Of a DNA stretch of 64,000 nucleotides, positions 29,961 to 40,254 are shown piece after piece. The stretch is from the NCBI GenBank assembly GCA_964458565.1, contig CAYWJO010000001.1, forward strand, positions 128,001-192,000, read 5' to 3'. A model generated the notes under the pieces. That model made no database searches. It was not told where the DNA came from and saw only the letters and a list, made by a program, of their open reading frames with translations. Position 1 is the stretch's first letter. Each line of letters begins with the position of its first letter. Source of the DNA: an uncultured archaeon (GTDB taxonomy: Archaea > Asgardarchaeota > Thorarchaeia > Thorarchaeales > Thorarchaeaceae). A program made the translations under genes and the position numbers.

Positions 29961-30508
29961 TGTTCAGCCTCCTGCTTGTCAGCGACCAACTTATCAAAAC
30001 CAGTCTTCTTTGCAATTTTCATGATCTCCTCAATCGCTTCGGGATGGCTACTGGCATTTGGGGGTCGGGTTGGAAGATGAACCTTCTCTCGTAATTTCTC
30101 CCAAGTTTCACTATCAAGAGGCACAGCATGTCCTGTTTCGAGAACCTTCTGTGCTACTTTTTGATGAGGTTTGAGCATATACCCTTCTGCAACAGCCACA
30201 TTCCGGATTGCTTTAATTACATCAGTTGGTGCAACATCTTGAGGACATCTATCGGTGCATGTATAGCAGGTTGTACAATACCAGAGTTCAGGGGAAGAGA
30301 TACACTGTTCTTTGAGTCCTAAGAGTGCTTTTCTGATTATACCACGAACAAGATAATTCGTCCTTACACCAGCAGGACAACTTCCAGAACAAGTTCCGCA
30401 CTGGTAGCAACTCTGTATGTTTGGTCCGCCAGTTTTCTTAATCATCTGGACGAATCCAGTATCGACTTCATCGATATCGATTGCGAATTTATCTTCAGTA
30501 CTAGTCAA
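29957..30508 (-). CDS. hdrC: Heterodisulfide reductase subunit C
   Basis: CYQCGTCSGSCP, CTTCYTCTDRCP, TGHAVP. Confidence 0.93.
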   Translation of the reverse strand: MTSTEDKFAIDIDEVDTGFVQMIKKTGGPNIQSCYQCGTCSGSCPAGVRTNYLVRGIIRKALLGLKEQCISSPELWYCTTCYTCTDRCPQDVAPTDVIKAIRNVAVAEGYMLKPHQKVAQKVLETGHAVPLDSETWEKLREKVHLPTRPPNASSHPEAIEEIMKIAKKTGFDKLVADKQEAEQ

Positions 30509-30739
30509 GAGAGTGCACCGACACTTTGTCCTTCCAAGATTTTCAGCCTTAAATCCATTGTCAAATGGTAAAGAGTTTGACCCTATTCAAGCTCTTTAAA
30601 CCAAGAGAGATGGGTTCTGCGTATTTCAAATCCAAATCTCTTGTACATCCGATTAGCTTCTCTACGTCCTAACCCACTACCTGCGATAGCTTAATCCAGA
30701 CCTCTTGTTTTCAGCTCTTTCAATAATTCATGAAAGAGC

Positions 30740-31903
30740 ATGTACCCAACCCCGCTATTTTATGAGTATGGGACAAGCAAAGATTCATCATTAATAGAGT
30801 CTAAAAGTAGTACAATGTCGACATTTTGTCCTTCACATAAAAAAGGAGAAAGAATCGCATCGAGTGCAATAGGTTATTGTGGATCATGTCTTTCTAGTCA
30901 TACAGCATATATGCAACATGCACTAGAAAACCATCGTTCAATTAGAACGCAAGAGGGTCTTATTGCATCAGTCCCTTCCGAAGGAGCTATTGTCTGTCCA
31001 GACTGTGGAAATCATTGTAGACTCATTGAGGGGGAAACTGGATTCTGCCATCTCAGAAGGGCTAGTGAAGGGCAGGTGACTGAAAAATATTCAGGAAAGA
31101 CAATAGTGTCATGGTATTTTGATCCTTTACCAACAAACTGTGTTGCGGATTGGGTCTGCCCTGTGACTAATTGTGAAGAGATTGGTTTTGGAAAAGAGAG
31201 ACTGAATAATCTCGCAGTCTTCTATGGCTCATGCAACTCGGATTGTCTTTTCTGCCAAAATGCTAGTTATCGCGAGATGATGGTAAGAGGAAGCCCTCTA
31301 CAGACACCTAGAGAACTCGCGGATGCAGCAAATGATAAGACCGCATGTGTCTGTTACTTTGGTGGAGACCCAGCATGCAATCCTGAGCACTCTCTGAAGA
31401 CTTCACAACTTCTCTATCAGGAGAGAGGAATAAGGGTGTGCTATGAAACTAACGGAAACATCTCAAGAAAGTGGCTACATTCAATAACAGATATTATACG
31501 TGAGAGTGGTGGCACAATGAAATTTGACCTGAAGGCAATCACTCCACAACTCTATACCGCACTCACTGGTGTTTCTAATCAAACGGTGTTGAATAATTTC
31601 AAACATCTTGCAGCCCAGGCTAGAGATAGAGAAGGGGAATTTCTGGTGGCTAGTATCCTTCTAATACCAGGATATATTGGAGTCGCGGAAGTTCGGAGAA
31701 TTTGCGAATTCATTGCTAAATGTGATTCAAGTATTCCAACTGCGCTCCTAGGCTTTTATCCACATCATGCTATGAAGGACCTTCCGAGAACTAGCCTTAG
31801 ACACGCGAATTCAGCTCTTCTTGAAGCACAGGAAGCTGGACTCTCTAATGTGAGGATTGGAAATGTTCACCTTCTCTCAAATGAGAAGTATGCATTTGAC
31901 TAA
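30740..31903 (+). CDS. Radical SAM protein (PflA/AmmeMemoRadiSam-like) with Cys-rich N-terminus; start may be ~30815
   Basis: CNSDCLFC motif, FGGDP, YETNG, FYPHH, VRIGN. Confidence 0.85.
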   Translation: MYPTPLFYEYGTSKDSSLIESKSSTMSTFCPSHKKGERIASSAIGYCGSCLSSHTAYMQHALENHRSIRTQEGLIASVPSEGAIVCPDCGNHCRLIEGETGFCHLRRASEGQVTEKYSGKTIVSWYFDPLPTNCVADWVCPVTNCEEIGFGKERLNNLAVFYGSCNSDCLFCQNASYREMMVRGSPLQTPRELADAANDKTACVCYFGGDPACNPEHSLKTSQLLYQERGIRVCYETNGNISRKWLHSITDIIRESGGTMKFDLKAITPQLYTALTGVSNQTVLNNFKHLAAQARDREGEFLVASILLIPGYIGVAEVRRICEFIAKCDSSIPTALLGFYPHHAMKDLPRTSLRHANSALLEAQEAGLSNVRIGNVHLLSNEKYAFD

Positions 31904-31972
31904 AAAGAAATATGACCTATCCAGCATTCTTATAACGCCTCATACTAGGTCAGCTTATTCGGAGGTTTCCTT

Positions 31973-32521
31973 GTGACTGACTCCATAACTCGTGAAACAA
32001 TAGGCTCTGATGATATCGATCCTGACTTTGTTAACGTATTGGTGAAAGCTGGTGCAGATAGAATCAGAACTTGTATTCAATGTGGAACATGTTCGAGTGT
32101 ATGTCCTAGTGGAAGACGAACTGCATTTAGAACACGTGAGTTGATCCGGAAAGCACTACTTGGGCTTCGGGAGGAAGTCCTGTCAAGTCCGGACTTATGG
32201 TTGTGTGTCACATGTCACACTTGTCTCGAACGGTGTCCTAGGCAAATCAAGATAACTGATGCAATCATCATTATGCGAAACATGGCTGTTCAGGAGGGAT
32301 TCATGCTTCCTCAACATAGAAAGGTTTCACAGAAACTACTTGAAACAGGACACGCTGTGCCAATCGATGAGAAGAATATGGAGATGAGAAAGGAGTTAGG
32401 TATTGGAGAGATTCCTCCAACTGTGCACTCTAGTGAAGATGCTCTTGATCAGGTCAAGAAAATAATGGAGATTACCGGTTTCAAGAAACTGATTGAAACT
32501 GAAAGGGAGGAGAAAGAATAA
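31973..32521 (+). CDS. hdrC: Heterodisulfide reductase subunit C (second copy)
   Basis: CIQCGTCSSVCP, CVTCHTCLERCP, TGHAVP. Confidence 0.93.
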   Translation: MTDSITRETIGSDDIDPDFVNVLVKAGADRIRTCIQCGTCSSVCPSGRRTAFRTRELIRKALLGLREEVLSSPDLWLCVTCHTCLERCPRQIKITDAIIIMRNMAVQEGFMLPQHRKVSQKLLETGHAVPIDEKNMEMRKELGIGEIPPTVHSSEDALDQVKKIMEITGFKKLIETEREEKE

Positions 32522-33417
32522 TGACTGAAGCACGACACTATGCACTTTTTCTCGGTTGTGTTATGCCAAACCGCTTCCCGAACATTGAGAAGAGCCTTAG
32601 AGTTGTACTTTCTAAAATTGGAATAAATCTTGTCGATCTAGAGGGGGCAAGTTGTTGTCCAGCACCAGGAGTTGTTCGTTCTTTCGACGAGCCTACTTGG
32701 CTAGCTTTAGCTTCAAGAAATCTAGCTCTGGCTGAGAATATGGGTATGGATATCGTTACAGGCTGCAATGGTTGCTACGGAACATTCAAGGAAGCTCTCC
32801 ATGTAGTACATGAACACCCAGAACGACTGAAAGCTGTCAAGAAAACTCTCAAAGATGTGGGGATTAAATACAAAGCAAATGTTGATGCCAAACATATTGT
32901 TGAACTACTCTATGAGATTGGTCCAAGCGGCATCCAGAAATTTGTAACTCGACCCCTGGAGGGTCTGAGAATTGGAGTACATTATGGGTGTCATCTCCTA
33001 AAGCCAAGTAAATTAAGACCATGGAAACATACTGAGCGGCAGACATTTCTCGATGAATTAGTTGAAGCAACTGGTGCTGAGAGTGTCAGTTATCAAGACA
33101 AATACCTCTGTTGTGGCGCAGGAGGAGGATTACGAAGTAGCAGTGCAGATGTTAGTACGGACATAGCGAGGGAAAAACTTGACCACTTGCTAGATGCAAA
33201 AGTTGATGCAATTCTCAATGTATGTTCTTTCTGCCATCTACAATATGAAGTTTCACAGGTACAATTGAACAAGGAACTTGGTGAGAATAAGTACCAGATA
33301 CCAGTTCTGTACTATACTCAATTGTTAGGTTTAGCAATGGAAATTGATCCTGTTGAACTTGGTTTGGATAAGCATATGATAAGCACAAAACCAGTACTTG
33401 AAAAGCTTGGGCTATAA
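32521..33417 (+). CDS. hdrB: Heterodisulfide reductase subunit B (second copy)
   Basis: FLGC, CCPAPG, CNGC, HYGCH, CCGAGGG, CSFC. Confidence 0.93.
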   Translation: MTEARHYALFLGCVMPNRFPNIEKSLRVVLSKIGINLVDLEGASCCPAPGVVRSFDEPTWLALASRNLALAENMGMDIVTGCNGCYGTFKEALHVVHEHPERLKAVKKTLKDVGIKYKANVDAKHIVELLYEIGPSGIQKFVTRPLEGLRIGVHYGCHLLKPSKLRPWKHTERQTFLDELVEATGAESVSYQDKYLCCGAGGGLRSSSADVSTDIAREKLDHLLDAKVDAILNVCSFCHLQYEVSQVQLNKELGENKYQIPVLYYTQLLGLAMEIDPVELGLDKHMISTKPVLEKLGL

Positions 33418-33421
33418 TGTT

Positions 33422-34432
33422 CTAAAGTTTACGTCCTGCAATATAATATACAAAAACAGCCAAAATAGCACTTCCAATTATAGCGGATGACAGGATAATT
33501 GCTAGAGCACCACTAGGCGCTGGAGTTGTGGGGGCTGTGGTTGCAGTTGTTGTTGGAGTAGTTGTGGTTGAAACAATCGTAGTAGTACTCGATGTAATAG
33601 TCGGTGACGTGATTGTAGGAGAGATGCTAGAGGTAGTGGGTTCCGAGGTTGTTTGTGTTGTTGGCGTGACTACAACACTTCCAGCTGTAAATGTACCATC
33701 AGAACGATCAAATGCTGTATAGATACCATCAGATACTCGAACCTCTATCAGATATGTAGATCGTAGAAGAAAATCAGTACTATTCCATGGAAACCATTGT
33801 TCTTCGAGATTAGTAGAGAGAAGCATGAAGCTCTTTCCACCATCAGATGAGAGAAGCACTTCGAATGTCAGAAGTTCTACGGTATTGTTATCCCATGCCT
33901 TCCAGGTAATATTGTTAATACCGGTCCATGCCTCACCACCATTGGGTGTGAGTACTGTAATTCTAGGTGTGAAAAAGTTACCAAGAAATACGTTGTATAT
34001 TCTTTCACTGAGTATTGAACCGTTTACGAGCGATGCAATCATATTGATAGTGCAGGTATGATTTGCTCCAAGAGCTCTAGTATTAATTTCCACAGACGAA
34101 TCATCAGTTTCAGCAGTAATCCAATATGGGACAGCGGTTGCATTGACAATAATTTGAGTGTGGTTGACATCTTCACCTGCAATCCAAGTCGCGTTAAGAA
34201 TTATCCTATCGCCAATGACACGATCACCATTTTTCACAATCGTTTGTGTTGAATTCCACACAGAACTAAAAGTCAGATTGAACAGGCCAGTCCCGGAAAC
34301 AACTGTGGAATCACCGGGCGGATGGAATACCTCTGGTTTTGATATATTGTCAAACGAAGTGATAGGAATAGCAGAAATGCCTAGAAGAAGAATTGTCAAT
34401 ATGAATAGGTATGATTTTTGGATGTACTTCAT
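33422..34432 (-). CDS. Secreted Ig-like protein with Thr-rich linker and C-terminal TM (likely start 34432)
   Basis: Signal peptide MKYIQK..., 'TPNGGE...ITWKAWD...SSDGG' Ig-like motif, Thr/Ser/Pro linker, TM. Confidence 0.75.
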   Translation of the reverse strand: MKYIQKSYLFILTILLLGISAIPITSFDNISKPEVFHPPGDSTVVSGTGLFNLTFSSVWNSTQTIVKNGDRVIGDRIILNATWIAGEDVNHTQIIVNATAVPYWITAETDDSSVEINTRALGANHTCTINMIASLVNGSILSERIYNVFLGNFFTPRITVLTPNGGEAWTGINNITWKAWDNNTVELLTFEVLLSSDGGKSFMLLSTNLEEQWFPWNSTDFLLRSTYLIEVRVSDGIYTAFDRSDGTFTAGSVVVTPTTQTTSEPTTSSISPTITSPTITSSTTTIVSTTTTPTTTATTAPTTPAPSGALAIILSSAIIGSAILAVFVYYIAGRKL

Positions 34433-34518
34433 TCCTAAACCTCTGCGATGCAACCGAGCCAGATATTTATCGTCGGATATTATTACTCGACTTCTATTGA
34501 TAGTTCTATTTCTAGAAC

Positions 34519-34983
34519 CTAGTCTGTATCTTCCGGAAATGGTTGTTGCCTCCATGTTGTAAAAGCCTCATACCAAAATATCATACATACTGAAGCAAGT
34601 AGGCCAAGGACAAACCCTGAATACCAATCAAAGTATTGCCAAAGGATTGTTCCCAGAGCAGCTGTTAGTGATGTGTAAAAGGTCGCATAGAATAGGAACC
34701 TAGGAACCATAAGTCGTCCGCTACCAATAAACTGCCGCAGGATTCCAACTCTAACATCACGAATTACGGTATACTGACCATGAACATTCTTGTCTACCAG
34801 ACCAAAGTCTCGTAGACGCTCCAAATGATGCATTGAAAGGGATGGGCTTGATAGATCAGCTCCTCTTTGAATTTCACGTGCTGTAAGCGGTTCGGGATGA
34901 CGGAGCATGTACCAATAAACACGTAGAGTCCTACCCTTGAGAGAAGCTGCTAGCTCATCCTCAGTCATCTCATCATGGGTCAA
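34519..34983 (-). CDS. ArsR-like wHTH regulator with two C-terminal TM helices
   Basis: 'TLRVYWYML...AREIQRGADLSSPSLSMHHLERL...GLV' followed by hydrophobic helices. Confidence 0.8.
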   Translation of the reverse strand: MTHDEMTEDELAASLKGRTLRVYWYMLRHPEPLTAREIQRGADLSSPSLSMHHLERLRDFGLVDKNVHGQYTVIRDVRVGILRQFIGSGRLMVPRFLFYATFYTSLTAALGTILWQYFDWYSGFVLGLLASVCMIFWYEAFTTWRQQPFPEDTD

Positions 34984-35192
34984 GACTTATCACCGCTCAT
35001 TGCACTACATTGAAGATTATGTAAATCATTCTCTTAACTTTGGTCATTATCGAATTCCAAGAATGTCCACATAAGTAAGGCTCTTATAGCTCATCGCGCC
35101 GCGATTGTTTCAACGGGTTATGCAATCTCAAGATTGCCCTCCTAAGAGTATGGTGAACTGACTGTCACAGATAAGGAAGAGGAACATAACCG

Positions 35193-35534
35193 ATGTCAAC
35201 TGTTCGTAAGCCAATTACACCAAAACCTCCCCGGACAAGACAGAAGGTCTTGGTCATTCTTCAAGAACAATGTAAACAGTGCAGTCTCTGTGTTGAATTT
35301 TGCCCAAAGAAAGTCCTTTGTTTCGATACTTCAAAGTACAATCGAAAAGGGTATCATCCAGTTACAGCATGCGATATTGACGCGTGCGTAAATTGTGAGT
35401 TCTGTGAACGAATCTGCCCTGATATGGCCATTTTCTTAGCCGACAGGGAGGAAGCTCGAGTAGCTTATGAGAAGGGTGCGATTGAGGAAGGTACACTCAT
35501 TCCTGAATTTGAAGAGGAAACCAAGGAGGAATGA
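35193..35534 (+). CDS. korD: 2-oxoacid:ferredoxin oxidoreductase delta (ferredoxin) subunit
   Basis: CKQCSLCVEFCP and CVNCEFCERICPDMAI. Confidence 0.85.
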   Translation: MSTVRKPITPKPPRTRQKVLVILQEQCKQCSLCVEFCPKKVLCFDTSKYNRKGYHPVTACDIDACVNCEFCERICPDMAIFLADREEARVAYEKGAIEEGTLIPEFEEETKEE

Positions 35535-36676
35535 AATCGATGCCTGAACGTGTTATGTTTACAATGGGAGACATCGCTTGTGCAGAAGGAGCTTTGAGTG
35601 CAGGATGCAGATACTTCGGAGGGTATCCAATCACACCAGCTACAGAGATTGCTGAATGGATGGCACTCAGAATGCCAGAGCTGGGAGGCGCATATGTTCA
35701 ATATGAAGACGAGATTGCATCCATAACAAGTGTCATTGGTGCATCTTGGACTGGTACAAAATCTATGACAGCTACTTCGGGACCTGGAGTCAGCTTAATG
35801 TTAGAAGCAATCGGACTTGCTGTTATGACAGAGACCCCATTAGTTCTTGTCAATATCATGCGCGGTGGACCCAGTACTGGACAGCCAACCAGGGGTCAAC
35901 AAGGTGATGTCATGCAACCGAAGTGGGGTAGTCACGGAGATTATCAAATAATCGCCTTAACTCCTGCGTCAGTTCAGGAAATGTTCGATCAGACTGTCAA
36001 AGCATTCAATCTCGCTGAGAGATATCGTACGCCTGTTTTCATTCTTGCAGATGAAACTGTTGGACATATGAGAGAGAAATTAGTCATACCAGATGGAAAG
36101 GATCTCAATCTGGTATATCGAAAGCTTCCTACTGTTGATCCTTCAGAGTATCTTCCCTTCAAGCCAGATGAGGACTTGGTTCCTCCAATGGCTCTTCTTG
36201 GCTCTGAGTATCAATTTTATGCAACAGGATTAACTCATGATGAACAAGGGTATCCAAGTGACAAGGAAAAGGTTCAGATAGACCTTATCACAAGACTCAA
36301 TGATAAAATCATCAAAAACTCTGACAAGATTATCGATATCGAGAAATTCATGCTTGATGATGCAGATATTGCAGTTATAGCATATGGTACACCTTCTCGA
36401 AGTGCTAGGAAAGCAATCAAAGATGCTAGAGAAGAGGGAATCAAAGCTGGAATGCTCAGGTTCAAGACCGTTTGGCCGTTCCCAGAGAAGGAAGTTCAAG
36501 AACTTGCCGCAGAGGTCAAACATATTATCGTTGCTGAACAAAACTTGGGACAGTTGTATTACATGGTGAAAGCAGAAGCAGCCCCAACACCTGTACATTT
36601 GATGACAAAACCTGCAGGAATGCCTCAACTACCACATGAGATACTTAGCAAAATCAAGGAGGTCAAATCGTTATGA
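35531..36676 (+). CDS. korA: 2-oxoacid (probably 2-oxoglutarate):ferredoxin oxidoreductase alpha
   Basis: GYPITPATE, EDEIAS, ATSGPG, RGGPSTGQPT. Confidence 0.88.
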   Translation: MKSMPERVMFTMGDIACAEGALSAGCRYFGGYPITPATEIAEWMALRMPELGGAYVQYEDEIASITSVIGASWTGTKSMTATSGPGVSLMLEAIGLAVMTETPLVLVNIMRGGPSTGQPTRGQQGDVMQPKWGSHGDYQIIALTPASVQEMFDQTVKAFNLAERYRTPVFILADETVGHMREKLVIPDGKDLNLVYRKLPTVDPSEYLPFKPDEDLVPPMALLGSEYQFYATGLTHDEQGYPSDKEKVQIDLITRLNDKIIKNSDKIIDIEKFMLDDADIAVIAYGTPSRSARKAIKDAREEGIKAGMLRFKTVWPFPEKEVQELAAEVKHIIVAEQNLGQLYYMVKAEAAPTPVHLMTKPAGMPQLPHEILSKIKEVKSL

Positions 36677-37518
36677 CTGAAACAGTACCAATCTTAAAAC
36701 ACCCAATGGCGAAGTACATTCGAGAAGATCGTCAACCTTGGATATATTGCAGCGGTTGCTCTATAGGTATTGTGTCACAGATGTTAGCAAGAGCTATTGA
36801 TAACCTAGGCATAGATTTTCACAAAGTTGTCGTTGTAAGTGGCATAGGATGCACAGGAAGAACTTCGGGTTATTTCAAAACAGGCACCTACCACACAACT
36901 CATGGGAGAGCAATCGCATTTGCGGAGGGTGTGAAAATTGCTAATCCCGAACTTGAGGTGATTGTAGTCAGCGGGGATGGAGATATTGCGGCGATTGGAG
37001 GAAACCATCTCATTCATGCTTGCAGAAGGAATATCGATATCACAGTCATATGCATCAATAATATGAACTACGGTATGACAGGTGGTCAGTTTGGACCTAC
37101 TACTGAGCACGAGAAAATTTCACAGACTAGTCCAGGTCCAATTGGAAACCTTGAGCATCCGTTTAATTTAGTTCAACTCACAGCAAGCTCAGGTGCAACA
37201 TTCGTTGCAAGATGGACTGCAGTACAAGCAAGAAGAGCAACAAAGTCGATTGAGAAGGGAATTAACAAGAAAGGATTCTCATTCATTGAGATAGTAGGAG
37301 CTTGCCCAACGGCTTACGGTAGAATGAATAGGTTGGGGGACGGTGTCCAAATGCACCAGCATCTCATCGATGTTGCAGAGATTCAGAACGGACTCGAGCC
37401 ACACCTTGCAGAGATTGACTACGACAATAGAATTGTCTGTGGTGAATTTGTGGAGATAGAAAAGCCCGAGTATACTGCAGTTTTACGAGCAGCCCAAGAG
37501 AAATTCAAGAAGAAGTGA
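36673..37518 (+). CDS. korB: 2-oxoacid:ferredoxin oxidoreductase beta
   Basis: CSGC, SGIGC, HGRA, TPP motif GDGD...NN, YGMTGGQ. Confidence 0.88.
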   Translation: MTETVPILKHPMAKYIREDRQPWIYCSGCSIGIVSQMLARAIDNLGIDFHKVVVVSGIGCTGRTSGYFKTGTYHTTHGRAIAFAEGVKIANPELEVIVVSGDGDIAAIGGNHLIHACRRNIDITVICINNMNYGMTGGQFGPTTEHEKISQTSPGPIGNLEHPFNLVQLTASSGATFVARWTAVQARRATKSIEKGINKKGFSFIEIVGACPTAYGRMNRLGDGVQMHQHLIDVAEIQNGLEPHLAEIDYDNRIVCGEFVEIEKPEYTAVLRAAQEKFKKK

Positions 37519-37524
37519 GTTGCA

Positions 37525-38081
37525 TGAGTCGTTACGAAGTGAGGATTGGTGGATTTGGTGGGCAGGGTGTCGTTACTATGGCAGTAGTTCTTGGAGAGAC
37601 CCTATCACTAATAGACAAGAAGTTCGTAGTACAGACTCAGAGCTATGGTCCTGAAGCCCGAGGGGGAGCAAGTAAAAGCGAGATAGTCATTAGTGATGAG
37701 GAGATAGATTATCCTAAGGTACAAGCACCAGATGTGTTCATCGCATTGAGTAGAGCGGCATATTTAGAGTATATCGACGGGCTGAAAGAAGATGGAATTT
37801 TAATTGTCGATGAGGATCTAGTAGATATAGAAGGCGATCTTCCTGATAAACTGAAAATCTACAAGGTACCTGCAACGCGAATTGCAAATGAGGATATAGG
37901 TAATAGACAAGCAACCAATGTTGTCATGCTTGGTGTATTCTGTGCGATAACAGGTATGGTATCGGTAGAAGGGCTTAAACAGCAAATTGAGGAACGGTGG
38001 CCAAGATTCAAGGATTCCAATTTGAAGGCAATTGAGCTGGGTCTAAAGGCAGGTAAAGAAGCGGTTCTGGTTCATGCGTAG
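37525..38081 (+). CDS. korC: 2-oxoacid:ferredoxin oxidoreductase gamma
   Basis: GFGGQG, QSYGPEARGG, NVVMLG. Confidence 0.88.
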
Positions 38082-38213
38082 TCAGTAGTTCATTGGATAG
38101 AACTGGAGGTCCTTCATTAGTAAAATCTCCGCATGTAGAATTATACAAAGGAGACAGAATACTACAAGAGTTATAGAGAAACGATTTACGATAGAGTTGT
38201 ATAGTATTATAGA

Positions 38214-39011
38214 CTATTCAAACGCCAAGAGAGCAGCGCCTAAGGCACCTGTGAATTGTGGATCTTTTGGCATCCAAAGTGTACATTCAATTTGCTTTGA
38301 GAGATAATGACGAAAAGCGGGATTTAATGATACTCCACCCGTCACTCCTACAGGAGGCTCTATCTTTACTTGTTTTGCTAATGATCTTACTTTTGACGCC
38401 ATTGCTAGATGAACACCTGCCGCTATATCTTCAGGAGCATCACCAGACCCAATACGTCCAATTACCTCACTCTCAGCAAATACAGTACAGGTACTGCTGA
38501 TTTGACTAGGGTTTTTAGATTTTAGAGCAAGTGGTCCTAACTCGTCTAATGATACATCAAGAACTCTGGCCATGACTTCAAGAAATCGACCGGTACCAGC
38601 ACTGCATTTATCATTAAGCTGGAAATCTTCAGGACGCCCATTCTTCCCTATTCGAATAGCCTTGGAGTCTTGTCCGCCCACATCAATAAGTAAGCGAATG
38701 TTTGGATTCAGATGATGTACACCAATACTATGACAAGTAATCTCAGTAACATTGCGCATGGCAAAATCAACGCTCGCTCGGCCATAACCTGTAGCAATAA
38801 CCGTACATTGTTCTCTTGACACACCTGCTGCATCACATAATCTTTCCATGATGCTATTTGCTGAAGCAGATACAGATGCACCTGTATTCTGTAGATATTT
38901 GGTTAACACAGTTTTGTCAGGATTTAACAGCACTCCCTTTGCAGTTGTAGAACCGATATCTAGTCCAACAGGAATAGCAGGAAGCTCGGCCAAAATACTA
39001 ACCTCAGACAA
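38214..39011 (-). CDS. 2-hydroxyacyl-CoA dehydratase activator (HgdC/BadFG ATPase)
   Basis: GLDIGSTTAK, ATGYGR, DVGGQDSK, NDKCSAGTG, STCTVFAESE. Confidence 0.92.
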   Translation of the reverse strand: MSEVSILAELPAIPVGLDIGSTTAKGVLLNPDKTVLTKYLQNTGASVSASANSIMERLCDAAGVSREQCTVIATGYGRASVDFAMRNVTEITCHSIGVHHLNPNIRLLIDVGGQDSKAIRIGKNGRPEDFQLNDKCSAGTGRFLEVMARVLDVSLDELGPLALKSKNPSQISSTCTVFAESEVIGRIGSGDAPEDIAAGVHLAMASKVRSLAKQVKIEPPVGVTGGVSLNPAFRHYLSKQIECTLWMPKDPQFTGALGAALLAFE

Positions 39012-40254
39012 ACATCTCTAATAGTGCATCAACGCGAGTCTGAATCTGTGCTTCATTGAACAGTCTACTGTCCACCATATCACCCTCGATGATTACTCCA
39101 GGTACTCCCGTTCTTTCTGTGACAATTTCTTTGGATGCCATCTGACCGAGGGAGTATCTCTTACAGGATCTCACAGAAAACATGATGAAGCCATCAAGAT
39201 CATAATCCTTAATCAGTTGACACATCTTGTCAATCTTGGCGTTAAGCCCCTTGTTGAGGTATACATTTGAATACATACCTACCATCTCATCCAGAATGGA
39301 GCTTACATCTACACCTTCTATTGCGCCAGACCATGCATGCGTATATGTATCCGCAGGAAAACTAACACCTCTGGCAGCAAGTTGGTTGAAGAAACGTAAA
39401 ATGAACCATGGAGGAATATTGTCCCATAATAGACGTATCTTCTCATCTCCGACTGCACCGATATTCTGTTTGACCCGGTCTTCCACCTCTGCAAATAGCA
39501 TCTCATAGAACTCAACACAATGTTCAGTTCCTCGACTGGACACGACTGGAGCCATTGTCAAGAATCGATCTGCACAGTTCAAAGGACTCGGTTTATTCTT
39601 ACATGCCTCAAGGGAATTGGTCCATAGATTAATTGCATTACTAGAGAGGTCAGCAACATTGCGGAATTTATCATCCTCAAGAGTCGTGTTGAATGTACTT
39701 GATAGAAATCCAACCAATTCGTTCAAACCATTTCTCACGTAAGCACGATGATGAGGAAGTTGTTCACCTTCAACCGGAGGTGTATCTAACAAGAAAACAG
39801 GTGCTCCAGTCATTTCGGATATTGCATCATACCATCGAAGCACTGTTCCACAGATATTGTTACATGCAAGAAGAGCTTGAGGAGGTGGGAGTGATCCCAT
39901 AGGGACATCATCAGGTCGTTGTGTAGAACCTATACTTGCACGTGCGTACGAGCAGAGTTCCTGTGAATAACCTAAGTCCTCGGCATAACCACAGACTTCA
40001 GGGCCTATCTTTTGTGCACCAATAATTGCACCGGCCTGTTCTGGATACACAACTCCAACGTCCATAGCTATGGGTATCTCCACCGGAAAACCAGAAGTGA
40101 CCCAAGTTAGACGCCCATTTTCACTAGCCTCAAGCGCTTCAAATCCTTGACGAAAAGCTATCTGTTGCAGAAATGCTTGTGTTTCCAGTTTTCTGTATGG
40201 TTTTTCGGTTTTTTCTCTCTCTTCGGTCATTTCAACACCTCTACTCTGACTCAA
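39004..40254 (-). CDS. 2-hydroxyacyl-CoA dehydratase (HgdA/B, BcrB-like) subunit
   Basis: ELCSYAR, CNNIC, RSCK, EGDMVD, TRVDAL. Confidence 0.85.
   Translation of the reverse strand: MSQSRGVEMTEEREKTEKPYRKLETQAFLQQIAFRQGFEALEASENGRLTWVTSGFPVEIPIAMDVGVVYPEQAGAIIGAQKIGPEVCGYAEDLGYSQELCSYARASIGSTQRPDDVPMGSLPPPQALLACNNICGTVLRWYDAISEMTGAPVFLLDTPPVEGEQLPHHRAYVRNGLNELVGFLSSTFNTTLEDDKFRNVADLSSNAINLWTNSLEACKNKPSPLNCADRFLTMAPVVSSRGTEHCVEFYEMLFAEVEDRVKQNIGAVGDEKIRLLWDNIPPWFILRFFNQLAARGVSFPADTYTHAWSGAIEGVDVSSILDEMVGMYSNVYLNKGLNAKIDKMCQLIKDYDLDGFIMFSVRSCKRYSLGQMASKEIVTERTGVPGVIIEGDMVDSRLFNEAQIQTRVDALLEMFV

Noticed and set aside
33520-33680. Repetitive GTT/GTA-rich tract as a tandem repeat or CRISPR
   Set aside because: It encodes the Thr/Ser/Pro linker of the surface protein; there are no fixed repeats with spacers.
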